Positions 41,473 through 52,158 of a stretch of 64,000 nucleotides of DNA are shown in pieces (position 1 is the stretch's first letter; every line of letters begins with the position of its first letter). The position numbers and the translations under genes are program-made. The DNA lies in NCBI GenBank assembly GCA_963806225.1, contig CAWDXG010000004.1:2816001-2880000 (forward strand), given 5' to 3'. The notes beneath the pieces were generated by a model, which had not been told where the DNA came from, made no database searches, and was given only the letters and a program-made list of their open reading frames with translations. The DNA is from an uncultured delta proteobacterium (GTDB lineage Bacteria; Myxococcota_A; Polyangia; Polyangiales; Polyangiaceae).

Positions 41473-43608
41473 CTACGCGCGCCCGGGCGCGGGGGCCGGA
41501 ATGGCTGGAGCGACGGACGCGGACGGGGCAGGAGGACTCGCCAGTGCCCGGTCGAGCGCAGCAAGCAACGTCGACTTGGTGAACGGCTTGTTGATGAACT
41601 CGGCGCGCGCCCCGAGCTGCTCGAGATCCAGCACGCGCTCGCGGACGAAACCAGACATCAACACCACCGCGAGGTCGGGCAGCCTGGCGCGCAGCTTCTT
41701 CACGAGAACGCGGCCGTCCATGCCGGGCATCGATAGATCGCTCACTACGGCGTCGAACGTGCCCGCGTGTTGCTCGACCAGGGCGAGCGCCGCGCGGCCG
41801 TCGCCGGCTTCAAGCACGGTGTAGCCCCCACCCGAAAGAACGCGGCGCGCAGCCCGTCGCACCAGCACCTCGTCCTCGACCAGCAACACAGACCGCTGCT
41901 CCCGCTCGCCCGGGGGCGGCCTGGACGACGGCCGGATGCTCCGGGTGAGCGGCCTGTCGGTACCCGGAAGGAAGACGCGGAGCGCCGTGCCCTTGCCGGG
42001 CTCGCTGTCGACCTCGATGCGGCCACCGCTCTGCTGCACGATACCGTAGACGATCGACAGCCCCAGGCCGCTACCCTGTCCGCGCTTGGTCGTGAAGAAC
42101 GGCTCGAACATGTGCTCGATGATCTGTGGGTCCATGCCGCAACCGGTGTCGCGCAAGGCGATCACGACCTCGGGGAGAGCGCCCTCTCCGGCAAGGCTGG
42201 TCTCGATGAGGATCGTTCCACCGTCCGGCATCGCGTCGCGCGCGTTCACGACCAGGTTCATCAGCACCTGCTCGAGCTGCGACGGATCGGCCTCGACGCG
42301 TCCAGCGTTGGTCGCGAGCTGCGTCTCGAGGCGGACATCGTCGCCGACGATTCGCTTCAGCATCTTCGTCATCTCCTCGATCAGCTGATTGGGCTCGAAC
42401 ACGATGGGCGCCAGCACCTGGCGCCGGCTCACCGCCAGCAGCTGGCGCGACAGGTCCGCCGAGCGCACGGCGGCTTCGCGCACTTCGAGGAGCGGCTCGC
42501 GCTGGGCATCGGTCGCCTGCTCCAGCGCGACATCCGTCTGCGTGATGATGACCGAGAGCATGTTGTTGAAGTCGTGGGCGACTCCGCCAGCCAGGCGTCC
42601 GATGGCCTCCATGCGCTGCGCCAGCCGGAGCTGTTCTTCCATCTGGTGCAGGGCGTCGGTCGTCGCGTCGCGTTGCTGTTGGCTCTCCTGCGCCAACCGT
42701 TCGGCACGCTCCACGCGCGCTCCCAGGGCGACGGCCACCCGCGCTACGACCCAGCCGCCCGCCAGCGTCGCCGCCCCCGCGAGCAGCGCCGCGACCAGTG
42801 CGGTGTGCGGACCCCGCGGGGTGATGAACGAACCGATCCAGCTCTGCACGACGACCACTGCGACCACGAGCGGAACGAAAGTGCGTAGTAGGCGCGCGCG
42901 TGCGCTACCCCCCAGCACCAGCTGGGTAGGCCAAACGTCGTGTGGCGGCAGCGCGAGCACTGCTGTGCCGACCAAGACGAAGCAGACCGCCGTCGGCAGC
43001 GCCAGCGGGATGACCGGCGTGCCGTAGAGCAGCGGCTGCTTCAGCACGTAGCCAAGCACGAACAACGCGCCCAGAAGCAGGCTCGAGATCGCCAAGGCGT
43101 TGCGCAGGCGTGCGCGGCCGGGCGCTGCTCCGTCCAGAGCGAGCGCGAGAGCGAGCGGCAGGAACCCCGCAGCCGTGATGGCGGACATCGCGCCCACCTC
43201 TAGCGAGCCCTTTGCGGCATGCCCCCGGATGAGCAGCTCGTCGATGTCCCAGGCTGCCGGGTGGAGCCGGAGGAGCAGGGTCGCGGCGGCCAGTAGTGCA
43301 GTCGCGAGCGCGGGCGCACGCGCCCAGTCGCTGCGTTGCCCACCGCTGCGCCAGAGCACGGCCAACACGAGTGCGAGGAAGCACAACGCCGTGTTGGGCG
43401 CCATCGGCACGAAGCCCGTGCCCACTGCCGCCCAGCGCAACGCACCGACAACCCACCCAGCCAGCGCAAATAGCGCCACCAGGCCGGCGAGCACGCCACC
43501 GATCCGCGCGATCGACCACGCGGGCCGCCGCGGCCCCTCCCCGCTGCGTTGCATCAAGGCTTCCAGCGTCGCATCGCTCGACTGGCTCGGCAAGGCACGC
43601 GGTGCCAC
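41473..43608 (-). CDS. Membrane hybrid histidine kinase
   Basis: Multiple TM segments (MAPNTA motif), AHDFNN, NARDAM, GLGL and a REC domain (SDLSMP). Confidence 0.92.
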   Translation of the reverse strand: MAPRALPSQSSDATLEALMQRSGEGPRRPAWSIARIGGVLAGLVALFALAGWVVGALRWAAVGTGFVPMAPNTALCFLALVLAVLWRSGGQRSDWARAPALATALLAAATLLLRLHPAAWDIDELLIRGHAAKGSLEVGAMSAITAAGFLPLALALALDGAAPGRARLRNALAISSLLLGALFVLGYVLKQPLLYGTPVIPLALPTAVCFVLVGTAVLALPPHDVWPTQLVLGGSARARLLRTFVPLVVAVVVVQSWIGSFITPRGPHTALVAALLAGAATLAGGWVVARVAVALGARVERAERLAQESQQQRDATTDALHQMEEQLRLAQRMEAIGRLAGGVAHDFNNMLSVIITQTDVALEQATDAQREPLLEVREAAVRSADLSRQLLAVSRRQVLAPIVFEPNQLIEEMTKMLKRIVGDDVRLETQLATNAGRVEADPSQLEQVLMNLVVNARDAMPDGGTILIETSLAGEGALPEVVIALRDTGCGMDPQIIEHMFEPFFTTKRGQGSGLGLSIVYGIVQQSGGRIEVDSEPGKGTALRVFLPGTDRPLTRSIRPSSRPPPGEREQRSVLLVEDEVLVRRAARRVLSGGGYTVLEAGDGRAALALVEQHAGTFDAVVSDLSMPGMDGRVLVKKLRARLPDLAVVLMSGFVRERVLDLEQLGARAEFINKPFTKSTLLAALDRALASPPAPSASVAPAIPAPAPGRA

Positions 43609-43863
43609 TCCCTAACGTCCGTCACCCGGATCTCCCGACGGGCTGCGGGCGCGTGTGGCAGGGCCTAACTGCCGTGAATCAAGGGACACTAGGCCCGATC
43701 TACGAAGTCGACCGGTAGCTATGCTCATCGATTCCAACGCTCGCCGGGCGCGCGGTTTGGCGAGGGGTCGAGCGGTGGGAGGTCGAAGAGGTCGGGCGCG
43801 GCGGGGGCGGGCAGGATCGGCGGCGGGGTGGTGGCGCACGCACGCAACTTCGAGGTGTGACGC

Positions 43864-44142
43864 TCAGTTGTCGCCGTCGCCGTGTTTCCGGTGCGAATCC
43901 GTGTTCTGCACCCACGTGCACTCCGAGTCGTACGGCCCGTGACACATGTTGATGTACGTCGCCCGCTGGCCGCACGCGATCACGCCATAGGTGTTGTCCG
44001 CGTTCAGCTCGACGATCTTGATGTGGTCCTTCGGACAGTCGAAGTCGAACGCCGCCCGCGCGCGCAGACCGTCCTCGTCCGCGGCGCCGCAAGCGACCCC
44101 CGCGATGGCCACGAGCACGGTACAGAATGCAACATCCCGCAC
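43864..44142 (-). CDS. Small lipoprotein
   Basis: AIAGVAC lipobox; RAAFDFDC...GVIACGQRATY. Confidence 0.7.
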   Translation of the reverse strand: MRDVAFCTVLVAIAGVACGAADEDGLRARAAFDFDCPKDHIKIVELNADNTYGVIACGQRATYINMCHGPYDSECTWVQNTDSHRKHGDGDN

Positions 44143-44988
44143 CCGCGGCGGACGCGACCCGATCCAACCCGGCACGCCTGATTGAACCGCGCGCGAGCGA
44201 ACTCTGTCAACATGAGCGACGCGGCGACGCGGCGACGCGGCCCCGCAGCTACGCAACTTTTGCGAGCATTCCAGGTTCAGTATGCAACCGCCGGCGCGGC
44301 GCTGGATTCCGCGTGGCGAAAGCGCGCATCCGGGCCTAGCGCTTCGCGAGGCCCGTGCCTGAGTCGATTGCCCGCGCTTGCCGGGCCGCTCTTTGAAGTG
44401 CCGCTCCGAGCGCATCCCATCGCTGTCCTGAAGACGCTTCGTCGTCCCGCATGCCGGCGGATCCGGCTGGAGGCCTACATGCGTTGACGCCAAGCAACGA
44501 GTTCGCGCCCGGAGGGTACTCGGGCGGTGGGAACCACATATTCCGGCTCGGCGACGGGACCTTGCGCGCGATCCGCCTGTCCGACTGCGCGCACGTTCGA
44601 ACGTCCGCTCGCAGTCGAGGCTCACGGGACGGAGGTGAAACGGTTGCGCCCCTTGCTCCGCGAATGAAGCGAAGAACAGCATGGCATGCTTCTCGCCTCA
44701 CACACCTCGCCGTGCTCGATGAGGTCACCGCTGTTGAGTGTGCGCGCGGACGCCGATCGTGGAGAGCGTACTGGAACGTCTGGAACGTCATGGAGTTTCC
44801 TGTCCGGGAGTCTCCGAAGGGCCGAGCCGCTGGTCGGAAGGCGATCCAGTCGCAGTTCTTTCGAAGCGCACGGCCCGCGCAACGAGTGCGCGCGCTCATG
44901 CTCCGCGCGGCGACGCCTCGACTTCGCCCGTGCCGCGAGCTGAAGCGGGATTGGGTTCTTGCCGGTCCGATATCGCTGGGAGGCTGCC

Positions 44989-45633
44989 ATGAGAATACTG
45001 ACGGGATTATTCGTGAGCGCGATCGTCGTCCTTGCTTCTTCGAGCTGCGGGAGCGACTCCAGCCCTTCGTCCGGCAGCGGCGGGACGGGCGGCATGGCGG
45101 GTAGCACGTCGGGTGGAACCGCGGGCGCGTCCGGGGGGACCGGTGGCGCTACCGGCGGTTCGGCTGGCACCGCAACGGGAGGCGGAGCGGGCGCCAACCC
45201 AACCGCGGATCTGGAACAAGCGCTCCAGGTCACGTTCCATGTGCTGTCAGCGCCCATGGATCCGAGCAGCGCGTGCACGGGCACAGCACCCGACTTCACC
45301 GACTGCAGCTGCGACGGCGGTGGGAGCTATGACATGTCGCTGGGTCCGCCGATCACCCTGACCGCGAAGGCCTGCACCGAGTCGACCTCGGGCCTGTCGT
45401 TTACCGGCACGCAAACCATGGCGCTTCCGTCGGGAAGCGGTTCGGTCGCCACCTTCACCGTGAACATGTCGACCTACGGCAAGTGCCAGAACGCGACCGG
45501 CAGCTACACCATCGATCAGAACACCCACGCCTGCGCTGGCAACCTCAGTGCCATGTGCCCGGGCAGCAGCGGCATGGTCGCGACGATGTGCACGGTGTCC
45601 GGAGTGCTCGATACCCAGTGCAGCTGCAGCTAG
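44989..45633 (+). CDS. Cys-containing lipoprotein
   Basis: GGAGG RBS; LASSSC lipobox; Gly-rich linker. Confidence 0.75.
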   Translation: MRILTGLFVSAIVVLASSSCGSDSSPSSGSGGTGGMAGSTSGGTAGASGGTGGATGGSAGTATGGGAGANPTADLEQALQVTFHVLSAPMDPSSACTGTAPDFTDCSCDGGGSYDMSLGPPITLTAKACTESTSGLSFTGTQTMALPSGSGSVATFTVNMSTYGKCQNATGSYTIDQNTHACAGNLSAMCPGSSGMVATMCTVSGVLDTQCSCS

Positions 45634-45804
45634 CGCTACCGTGCCCCGGAACAACTTGGCACGAACTAGCTCGAGTCGCATCGATGGTGTTGCCTAGGCC
45701 AGGTCCAGCGACGTGAAGCGTTCGCGGATCTGCGCTGCGACCCGCTGACTCCGGTCGTCGGCATGCCGGGTAGATGAGATGCTCGGCGCGCACCGACTGC
45801 CGCG

Positions 45805-46511
45805 ATGACACGACGTCGGGTGCCAGCCCCGCCAGCCCATCTGCCCGAGTGTCGCGGGCGCATCGCGCCGGGCATGGTGATCATCAACGCGGCCACGGGG
45901 CCTGTTATCCTTCGCGCAGCCGTGGCCTCGAACGACGGGCAGCTGAACCTCAGCGAGTGGCACGAGACCCCGCGTCAGGTCCTCGTCCAGGCTCAAGCGC
46001 GAGCCGATCGGCTGCGGCACCTGACCCCCGGTCCGTCGACGAATACCTGCTCGCTGGCCGAACGCTTCTGCGCAAGTCCGTGCAACCAATCCAGGAGAGA
46101 ACCGCGCGCCCGATCGACGCCATCGCGAGGAGCACGCTGGACTCCATCGTGCAAGGCCTGACGCTGATCGAGACGCTAGCGGATCTTCGGATCGAGCGAC
46201 CAGCAGCCCATCGGGTGACGCTCGATCGGGTCGGGTGCGCGGGCAAGCTCAGCGTGACCGCCCACGGCGACGCGATCCTGTTGCGAATCACCCGCGGAGA
46301 GCTGGAGACCCTCCATCGTTTCAGCTGGGTCGAGGCGGGCGTGTGCTGGTCCGACGGACAGCGTGAGCTGTTCGCGACGATCGCCGATTTGCTGGAGAAC
46401 GACGTTCTGATTGACGGCTCGGACAGCTCCCGCAAGAACTGCGCCGCGGGCAGCGAGCCCGAAAAGGCCCTCCTGGCCGGAATTGGTTGGGCCGAAGCAA
46501 CCTTGAGATGA
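45805..46511 (+). CDS. Hypothetical protein, probably frameshifted near 46035
   Basis: Protein-like text switches frame at PGPS/VDEYLL; stop overlaps the EAL gene start. Confidence 0.35.
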
Positions 46512-47413
46512 CGCCGCGCCGTGGCCAGACTGGTGTGTACGGCTGGTCTGGACCAGCCGGCGGGGAGCTAGAGGACCTGGTGGCAACGCGTCGTTTGAGA
46601 TGGACGAACCCGTACCAGGAGCGTTCGCCGGCACCCGGCAGCGACTCTGCACACTCGGTTCGCGAAATCTCGCGGGACGATCTCAACGTCGTCTTCCAGC
46701 CGATCGTGAGCCTGTCCGACGGCAAGCTGTTCGCGAACGAGGCACTGGTCCGCTGTCGCTGGGAAGAGTACCGGAACCCCCCAGCTCTATTCGAGGCTGC
46801 GGTGGAGCAGCAGGCTATCGGAAGGCTCGGGCGGTCGATCCGCGAGGTAACGTTCGAGCGCTGCGGTACCACGCCGGTTTTCGTGAACGTCCACCCAGAC
46901 GAGCTCAGCTCGCGCTGGCTGGTACGCCCGGACGACCCGCTGAACCTCCACGAGCATCCGATCTATCTCGAGGTGACGGAGTCGGCGACGTTCCAGTACT
47001 ACGAGCTTTGTATGGGCGTGCTGAAGGAGATCTGCGCACGCACTGGTTCCAGGCTGGTCATAGATGACCTGGGAGCCGGCTACTCGAACCTCAAGCGGGT
47101 GCTCGATCTCGAGCCCGCCGTGGTGAAGCTCGACCTGGCCCTGATCCGCGGCATCGACCGCAGCAAGCGCCAGCAGACGCTGGCCCGCCACCTGGTGCAG
47201 CTATTCAACGAGCTGGGCTCGACGGTGGTCGGGGAGGGCATCGAGACGCTCGACGAGCTAAAAGCTCTGAGGGACACGGGCGCCGAGTACGGGCAGGGCT
47301 ATCTGCTGGCGCGTCCCGCCTTCCCCATTCCTTCGCCGGTCTGGCCGTTGAGGCCGTCGCGGCGCATCCAGGCGCCTAGCTCGGAACGTTCGCGCCGCCC
47401 TGGCGCCAGGTAG
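46508..47413 (+). CDS. Stand-alone EAL-domain c-di-GMP phosphodiesterase
   Basis: FQPIV, EALVR, FVNV, EVTE, DDLGAGYS, KLD, EGIET and QGY motifs. Confidence 0.92.
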   Translation: MTPRRGQTGVYGWSGPAGGELEDLVATRRLRWTNPYQERSPAPGSDSAHSVREISRDDLNVVFQPIVSLSDGKLFANEALVRCRWEEYRNPPALFEAAVEQQAIGRLGRSIREVTFERCGTTPVFVNVHPDELSSRWLVRPDDPLNLHEHPIYLEVTESATFQYYELCMGVLKEICARTGSRLVIDDLGAGYSNLKRVLDLEPAVVKLDLALIRGIDRSKRQQTLARHLVQLFNELGSTVVGEGIETLDELKALRDTGAEYGQGYLLARPAFPIPSPVWPLRPSRRIQAPSSERSRRPGAR

Positions 47414-47478
47414 CCGCGCGCTAGAGGCAGAGCTTGTTGTGTGGCTACGACGGTGCGCACCACACCATCGCCGCCCCG

Positions 47479-48567
47479 CTACTTCGACAAGCGCCAGACG
47501 CCCTGCTTGTTGGCGTAGAACACGTCCTGATCGTCCGCGACGATGCCTTGGCCGCCGGGCGTGAAGGTGACGGCTCCGCTGCCGTCCTTCGACGCGCGGA
47601 CCACGCCGATGTCACTGGCGGCGTACACGTACTGGTCGTCGACGACCAGGCAACGCCACTGCTCGTCGGGAAGGATGGCGGTGACGGAGCCGCCGGTCTT
47701 GCTGACACGCGAGACAGGGCCTCCGTACTCGGTCCAGTACACCGAGTCGGCGTCGACGGCGACGCACCAGGCCTGGCCCGGAGTCGCCAGCTGCGTCGAC
47801 GCGCCGCCCGCCTTCGGCACGCGCCCCACGGGCCAGTACACGTAGCTCGCATCGAGCGCGATGTTCGCGTAGCCGCTCGACGAAGTGAGCTCGATCGGCG
47901 ATGCGGGGTTGGCTTTGGGGTACGCCCAGATGCCGTTGTCCACGGACACGTACACCGTGGAAGCGTCGATGGCGACGCCCCACGGGTGCCTCAAGGCGTC
48001 GGCGACAACGTCGACGCTTCCGCCCCCCTTCGGCATGCGCAGCAGCTGTCCGTTGCTGGGCAGGCTGCCGGTGTCGGCCCAGTAGATGTCCTGGGCGTCG
48101 ACGACGATCTGCAACGGCTCCACGCGATTGGTCGCGAGCACCTCGACTTTGCCGCCGCAGCGCGGGACCCGGCTCACCTTGCCGTGCGCGGCCTCGGTGA
48201 AATAGACCCAGGGGCCGTCGACCGCTACGAACGCAGCGCCCTGTTCCGTGTAGGTCGCGGTCGGCGTCGCCGCAATCAACACGGGCTCGGTCGCCACCGG
48301 ACACGAGCCCGCCGAGCCCGATGCACCTCCGGCTCCGCCTGCGTCGGCCCCGATGCTCCCGCCAGCTCCGCCTGCGTCGGCCCCGATGCTCCCGCCAGCC
48401 CCGCCTGCGTCGGCCCCGATGCTCCCGCCAGCCCCGCCTGCGTCGGCCCCGATGCTCCCGCCAGCCCCGCCCGTTCCTCCGCCAGCTTGCGCTTTTTGCA
48501 CGCCACCGCACGCGACAACGCAGGACAAGACCAGTAGCCAACCCACCCGCTGCAAAGGAACCCTCAC
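47479..48567 (-). CDS. Lipoprotein with xVDxxxVYW beta-propeller repeats
   Basis: VVAC lipobox; about seven AVD...VYW-type repeats. Confidence 0.8.
   Translation of the reverse strand: MRVPLQRVGWLLVLSCVVACGGVQKAQAGGGTGGAGGSIGADAGGAGGSIGADAGGAGGSIGADAGGAGGSIGADAGGAGGASGSAGSCPVATEPVLIAATPTATYTEQGAAFVAVDGPWVYFTEAAHGKVSRVPRCGGKVEVLATNRVEPLQIVVDAQDIYWADTGSLPSNGQLLRMPKGGGSVDVVADALRHPWGVAIDASTVYVSVDNGIWAYPKANPASPIELTSSSGYANIALDASYVYWPVGRVPKAGGASTQLATPGQAWCVAVDADSVYWTEYGGPVSRVSKTGGSVTAILPDEQWRCLVVDDQYVYAASDIGVVRASKDGSGAVTFTPGGQGIVADDQDVFYANKQGVWRLSK
48332..48471 (-). repeat. 33-bp tandem repeat x4 encoding GGSIGADAGGA
   Basis: gc(t/c)ccgcctgcgtcggccccgatgctcccgcca repeated with no spacers. Confidence 0.95.
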
Positions 48568-48572
48568 AGAAG

Positions 48573-49076
48573 CTATATCATGGATCCGAATGGAAGCAAC
48601 GCAGAGCGACCGGGCCCTGGCGGGAGGTCATGCAGTCGCCGGAGCCGCTGCGACGCAAGCCGCGCGATGAAGAACCCCGCTGGCCGCCGCACGGGGGCTG
48701 TCGGTTTCAGAACCGCCCGGACACACCCAAGCCCAACCCCGGCCCGGGTCCGATCGCGACGCGCATCCTCGTGCGCTCGAGCTCGTGGCGCCAACCCGTC
48801 ACTCGCAGCAACGGAGCCGCTGCGAGCCACAAAGTAGACGATCACACCACCCGCCAGTGTCCCGATTGCACCGATCGCGTACCCGGTGCTGCGCGGCAGC
48901 GTGTGGTCCAGCTCCGCGTCCGCCGAATCGGCCAGCAACGTGGCGCGCTGCTGCGTGTCGGTCCGGCTCTGGGCGCACGCGACGCGCGCCAGCGACAACG
49001 GAGCTACTGCTGCAATGAAGCCCAGGTAGGCCGCGGCCGCGCGACGCCCCCCGGTAAGCGTCCCGGACCTGCTCAT
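48573..49076 (-). CDS. Hypothetical or degraded membrane protein
   Basis: Signal-like N-terminus and one hydrophobic segment; the C-terminus looks out of frame. Confidence 0.35.
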   Translation of the reverse strand: MSRSGTLTGGRRAAAAYLGFIAAVAPLSLARVACAQSRTDTQQRATLLADSADAELDHTLPRSTGYAIGAIGTLAGGVIVYFVARSGSVAASDGLAPRARAHEDARRDRTRAGVGLGCVRAVLKPTAPVRRPAGFFIARLASQRLRRLHDLPPGPGRSALLPFGSMI

Positions 49077-49129
49077 GCAGTCGCTGCCTCCGCCGCGTCG
49101 CGCGACGTGATGCGCTTCGCACGCGCCGC

Positions 49130-50008
49130 TCAACCCCCCGCAAGACACGTGAACGACAGCCTCGCCGGCAGCTTGGTCGGCGTGGGCGAGCGCAGTGTGA
49201 CGTCGAGCGGCGCGCCGCCCTTCGGCGTCAGGCTCTGGAGCTCGAACTGCCCCAGCGGACCCGCATCCGGCGCCGGCACCGTGCCGAACGAAAGCACGTA
49301 CGGCGTCGAGCCCACGAGGAACGTCGTCGTGCCGCTGTTGCTCAGGCTCGCCTGGAAGTCCGTGACCTTCCGCTCGGCGACGGCGTCCGGCGGGCCGTAG
49401 AAGATCGTCTCCCCCGTGGCCGGTGTCCAGTCGGCGGAGTTCATCGGAATCGTCGTCAGGACCACGTCGCCGTTGGCCACGTCGGCGAGGTACTCGATCA
49501 CGTTGGGCGTGTTCACGACTTTCATACCGGACACGCTGGAGGCGTCGACCAGCGTGAGCAGCGTGATGCCGGGCGGCGACTGGTCCAGGAACGCCTTCGA
49601 GTCCGCCGGACCGAGCGCCATCTTCGTCGCCGTTGTCCCCTGCGTCTCCACCAGCAGGTTCTGCGCGGTCGAGACGTCGGCGCCCGGCGCCACGAAGCTG
49701 AACAGGAACTCGTTGTTCCCGAACTCGCCGCCGGTGCCGATGACGTTCTGGCGGACGAGTTGGCCGCTGTCCGGGAGGAACACCCCGCTTTCGGCATCGA
49801 CGTACAGCGTGCCGGCCGCGTCCTTGCCCACGCCGACGACCGCGCCCAGCGTGATCGCCGGCGGCGTCAACGGATCGCAGGCCTGCTCGTTCGTGTCGTA
49901 GGGCGCCGCGCCGGCGCTGCCGCCAGTGCCGCCGCTCTTGCTGCTGCAGCCGCCCGCCGCCGCCAGCAACGCCGCCGCCACCACGCCCGCCCGGGCCCTG
50001 TTGTTCAT
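49130..50008 (-). CDS. Hypothetical lipoprotein
   Basis: GAGGAG RBS; MNNRARAG...AAAGGC lipobox. Confidence 0.75.
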   Translation of the reverse strand: MNNRARAGVVAAALLAAAGGCSSKSGGTGGSAGAAPYDTNEQACDPLTPPAITLGAVVGVGKDAAGTLYVDAESGVFLPDSGQLVRQNVIGTGGEFGNNEFLFSFVAPGADVSTAQNLLVETQGTTATKMALGPADSKAFLDQSPPGITLLTLVDASSVSGMKVVNTPNVIEYLADVANGDVVLTTIPMNSADWTPATGETIFYGPPDAVAERKVTDFQASLSNSGTTTFLVGSTPYVLSFGTVPAPDAGPLGQFELQSLTPKGGAPLDVTLRSPTPTKLPARLSFTCLAGG

Positions 50009-50132
50009 GTCCAGCTCCTCGTCTCGCCCCCGGACAATGCAAGGAGCGCGCCGGCACAGCGCTGTTCCGGCGTCGGAGCGCCCGGGTTGCTGCCATTTCC
50101 GTGGGGAGTGGCATCCGGCCCTGCTGGCCCTA

Positions 50133-51888
50133 CTAGCGGCGCGAACGGCGGAGGCCGAACGCGAACAGGCCGAGCAGCAGCGCGAGCGGCGCGTCGCTCT
50201 GCTGCCGGCGGCCGGCCACGCGGCAGTTGCAGAGGGGTTGGAGGTATTCCTTGTTCTCGCAGCCGTGTGGAGTGCAGCCGTAGCCGGGCACGCAGTCCGC
50301 GTCGCTGACACACACGGTCGCGCACTTGCCCGTGGCACGATCACAGCGGAAGGGGTAGCAGTCGATGTTCCTGTCCAGGGTCTTCTCGTACGATCTGTCG
50401 GCGGAGCACTCGCCTGCCGGCGGGATGCACTCGCCCGTCGCGGAGCAGGCGAAACCGGCCGCGCAAACGTCGTCGCCCGTGCAGTGGCGCGGGCACGAGT
50501 CACCCTGACCGTCGCACAGGTATCTGCCGCACGACGAGGAGGGGGACGAGCCTTCCGACAGCGGGGAACACTTCCCGTCCGCCGCCGCTCCCGTCGCGAC
50601 GGAGCAGGCGGCGCAGGGGTCGCTGCAGCTGGTGTCGCAGCACACGCCGTCCACGCAGTGGGTGCTCGCGCAGTCGGCGTCACTGGTGCACGCGGTGCCG
50701 TTGGGCGGGCCGAGCGTGAACGCCACGACGACTCCGTGGCTGTCGGCGCTGTCGTATTGCCTGCCACCGACCAGAGCAAGGCCCGGCCGTAGCGCAACCG
50801 GCGCATCGTAGATCCAGATGTCGCTCTCCACGGGTGCGAGCGTCGGCTGCTCCTTCCAGCTCGTGCCGATATGCTCGAACACGAACGCCGCGCCGACGAC
50901 CTGGGGACCATATCCGATCCTCCCGCCGCCGAGCACCGTGCCGCCGGCGAGCGCTACTCTGCTCCCGGGGTAGGCAAATTGCTCGATGGGAACCAGCTTC
51001 TGCTGCTCGCTCCACGTTGCTCCCGATCGCACCAGCAGGTAGTCGGCGCCGACGGCACCCACCACGGCCGCGTCGCCGTCGATCGCGAGGGCCGTACCGA
51101 AGCCGTCGGCCAAGGGGAGGCCGCTGACCGTGAGCTTCTGCTGCTCGGTCCAGACGCCTGCCGAGCGTGTGAACACGTACACGGCTCCGCGACCGCTGCC
51201 GTTCCAGGCGCCAACCAGGGCGGTGTCGCCCGAGAGCGCGAGTGCGCTCCCGAATTCGTCGCCGTCTAGAGTGTCGTCTGGAACGAGCTTCTGCTGCTCG
51301 CTCCAGGTGCTGCCCGACCGTACGAACGCGTACGCCGCGCCGGCAGCAAACGGGTCGACGTAGCCGACGAGCGCGGTGTCGCCCGACAGCGCCGCCGAGA
51401 AACCGAAACCGCTGTCCGGGTCGCCGTCGCTCGGAAACAGCGTCTGTTGCTCGGCCCATGAGGTGCCCGAGCGAACGAACACGGCCGCGCCTGCGCCTGG
51501 GTGGTACGCACCCACCAGCGCCGTGTCGCCATCGAGCGCCACCGCCCGGCCCAGATGATCGCCCGCTTGCCCGCTGGCATCGTCGAGCCTCTGCTGCTCG
51601 AATCCAGCTCGAGCCGGACCGCACGAATACGTACGCCGCGCCTCTCGACTTGTCGCGCTCCGACGCTCCGACCAGCGCCGTGCTTCCCGACATGGCGATC
51701 GAGCATCCGAAGCAGTCGTCGGCCTGCGAGTCGCTCGGCGCGATGACCTGGCTCTGCGTCCACGCCGGTGCACCCAGGGCCTGGGTAGCGCGCGCGACGT
51801 GGTCCGTCCCGGCCGGCATTCCACTCGTACACGCGACAAGCAACAATAGCGCGACAAGAGATGCCACACCGGCTGCCCTGCCCACCAT
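50133..51888 (-). CDS. FG-GAP-repeat surface protein with MYXO-CTERM-like tail; frameshift near 51605
   Basis: FG.S.ALSGDTALVGA...GAAYVF.RSG..W.EQQKL repeats; CVDGVCCD; LCNCR...TM...RRSRR. Confidence 0.85.
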
Positions 51889-52158
51889 GTGGGATATCGA
51901 AGCAATGCCTGTGCCGTTCGGAATCACGGTGCAGGCGGCGCATTGCTGCTCCGCAATCGTTGCCACCACGCGACAGCCGCTGTGGCAACGGAAGCACACC
52001 GCCATTGCGGAAATCACCCGACGCCTCACCCGCGCCTTTCCGGCAATGCTGGCCGATACGGAGCTTGCGGCGTGGAGGCAGCGGCCCTTCGGGCGCAAGG
52101 TCCGCCTGGCCCGCCCGCCGGGCGACCCTGGCAGTGTGCGGCGGATCCAGCTAGGCTC

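Noticed and set aside
44180..44950. ORFs or a structured RNA in the long intergenic region
   Set aside because: No frame has a recognisable motif or consistent codon bias, and I saw no convincing RNA structure.
48332..48471. Possible CRISPR array (33-bp repeats)
   Set aside because: No spacers, in-frame within a coding linker, and no cas genes.
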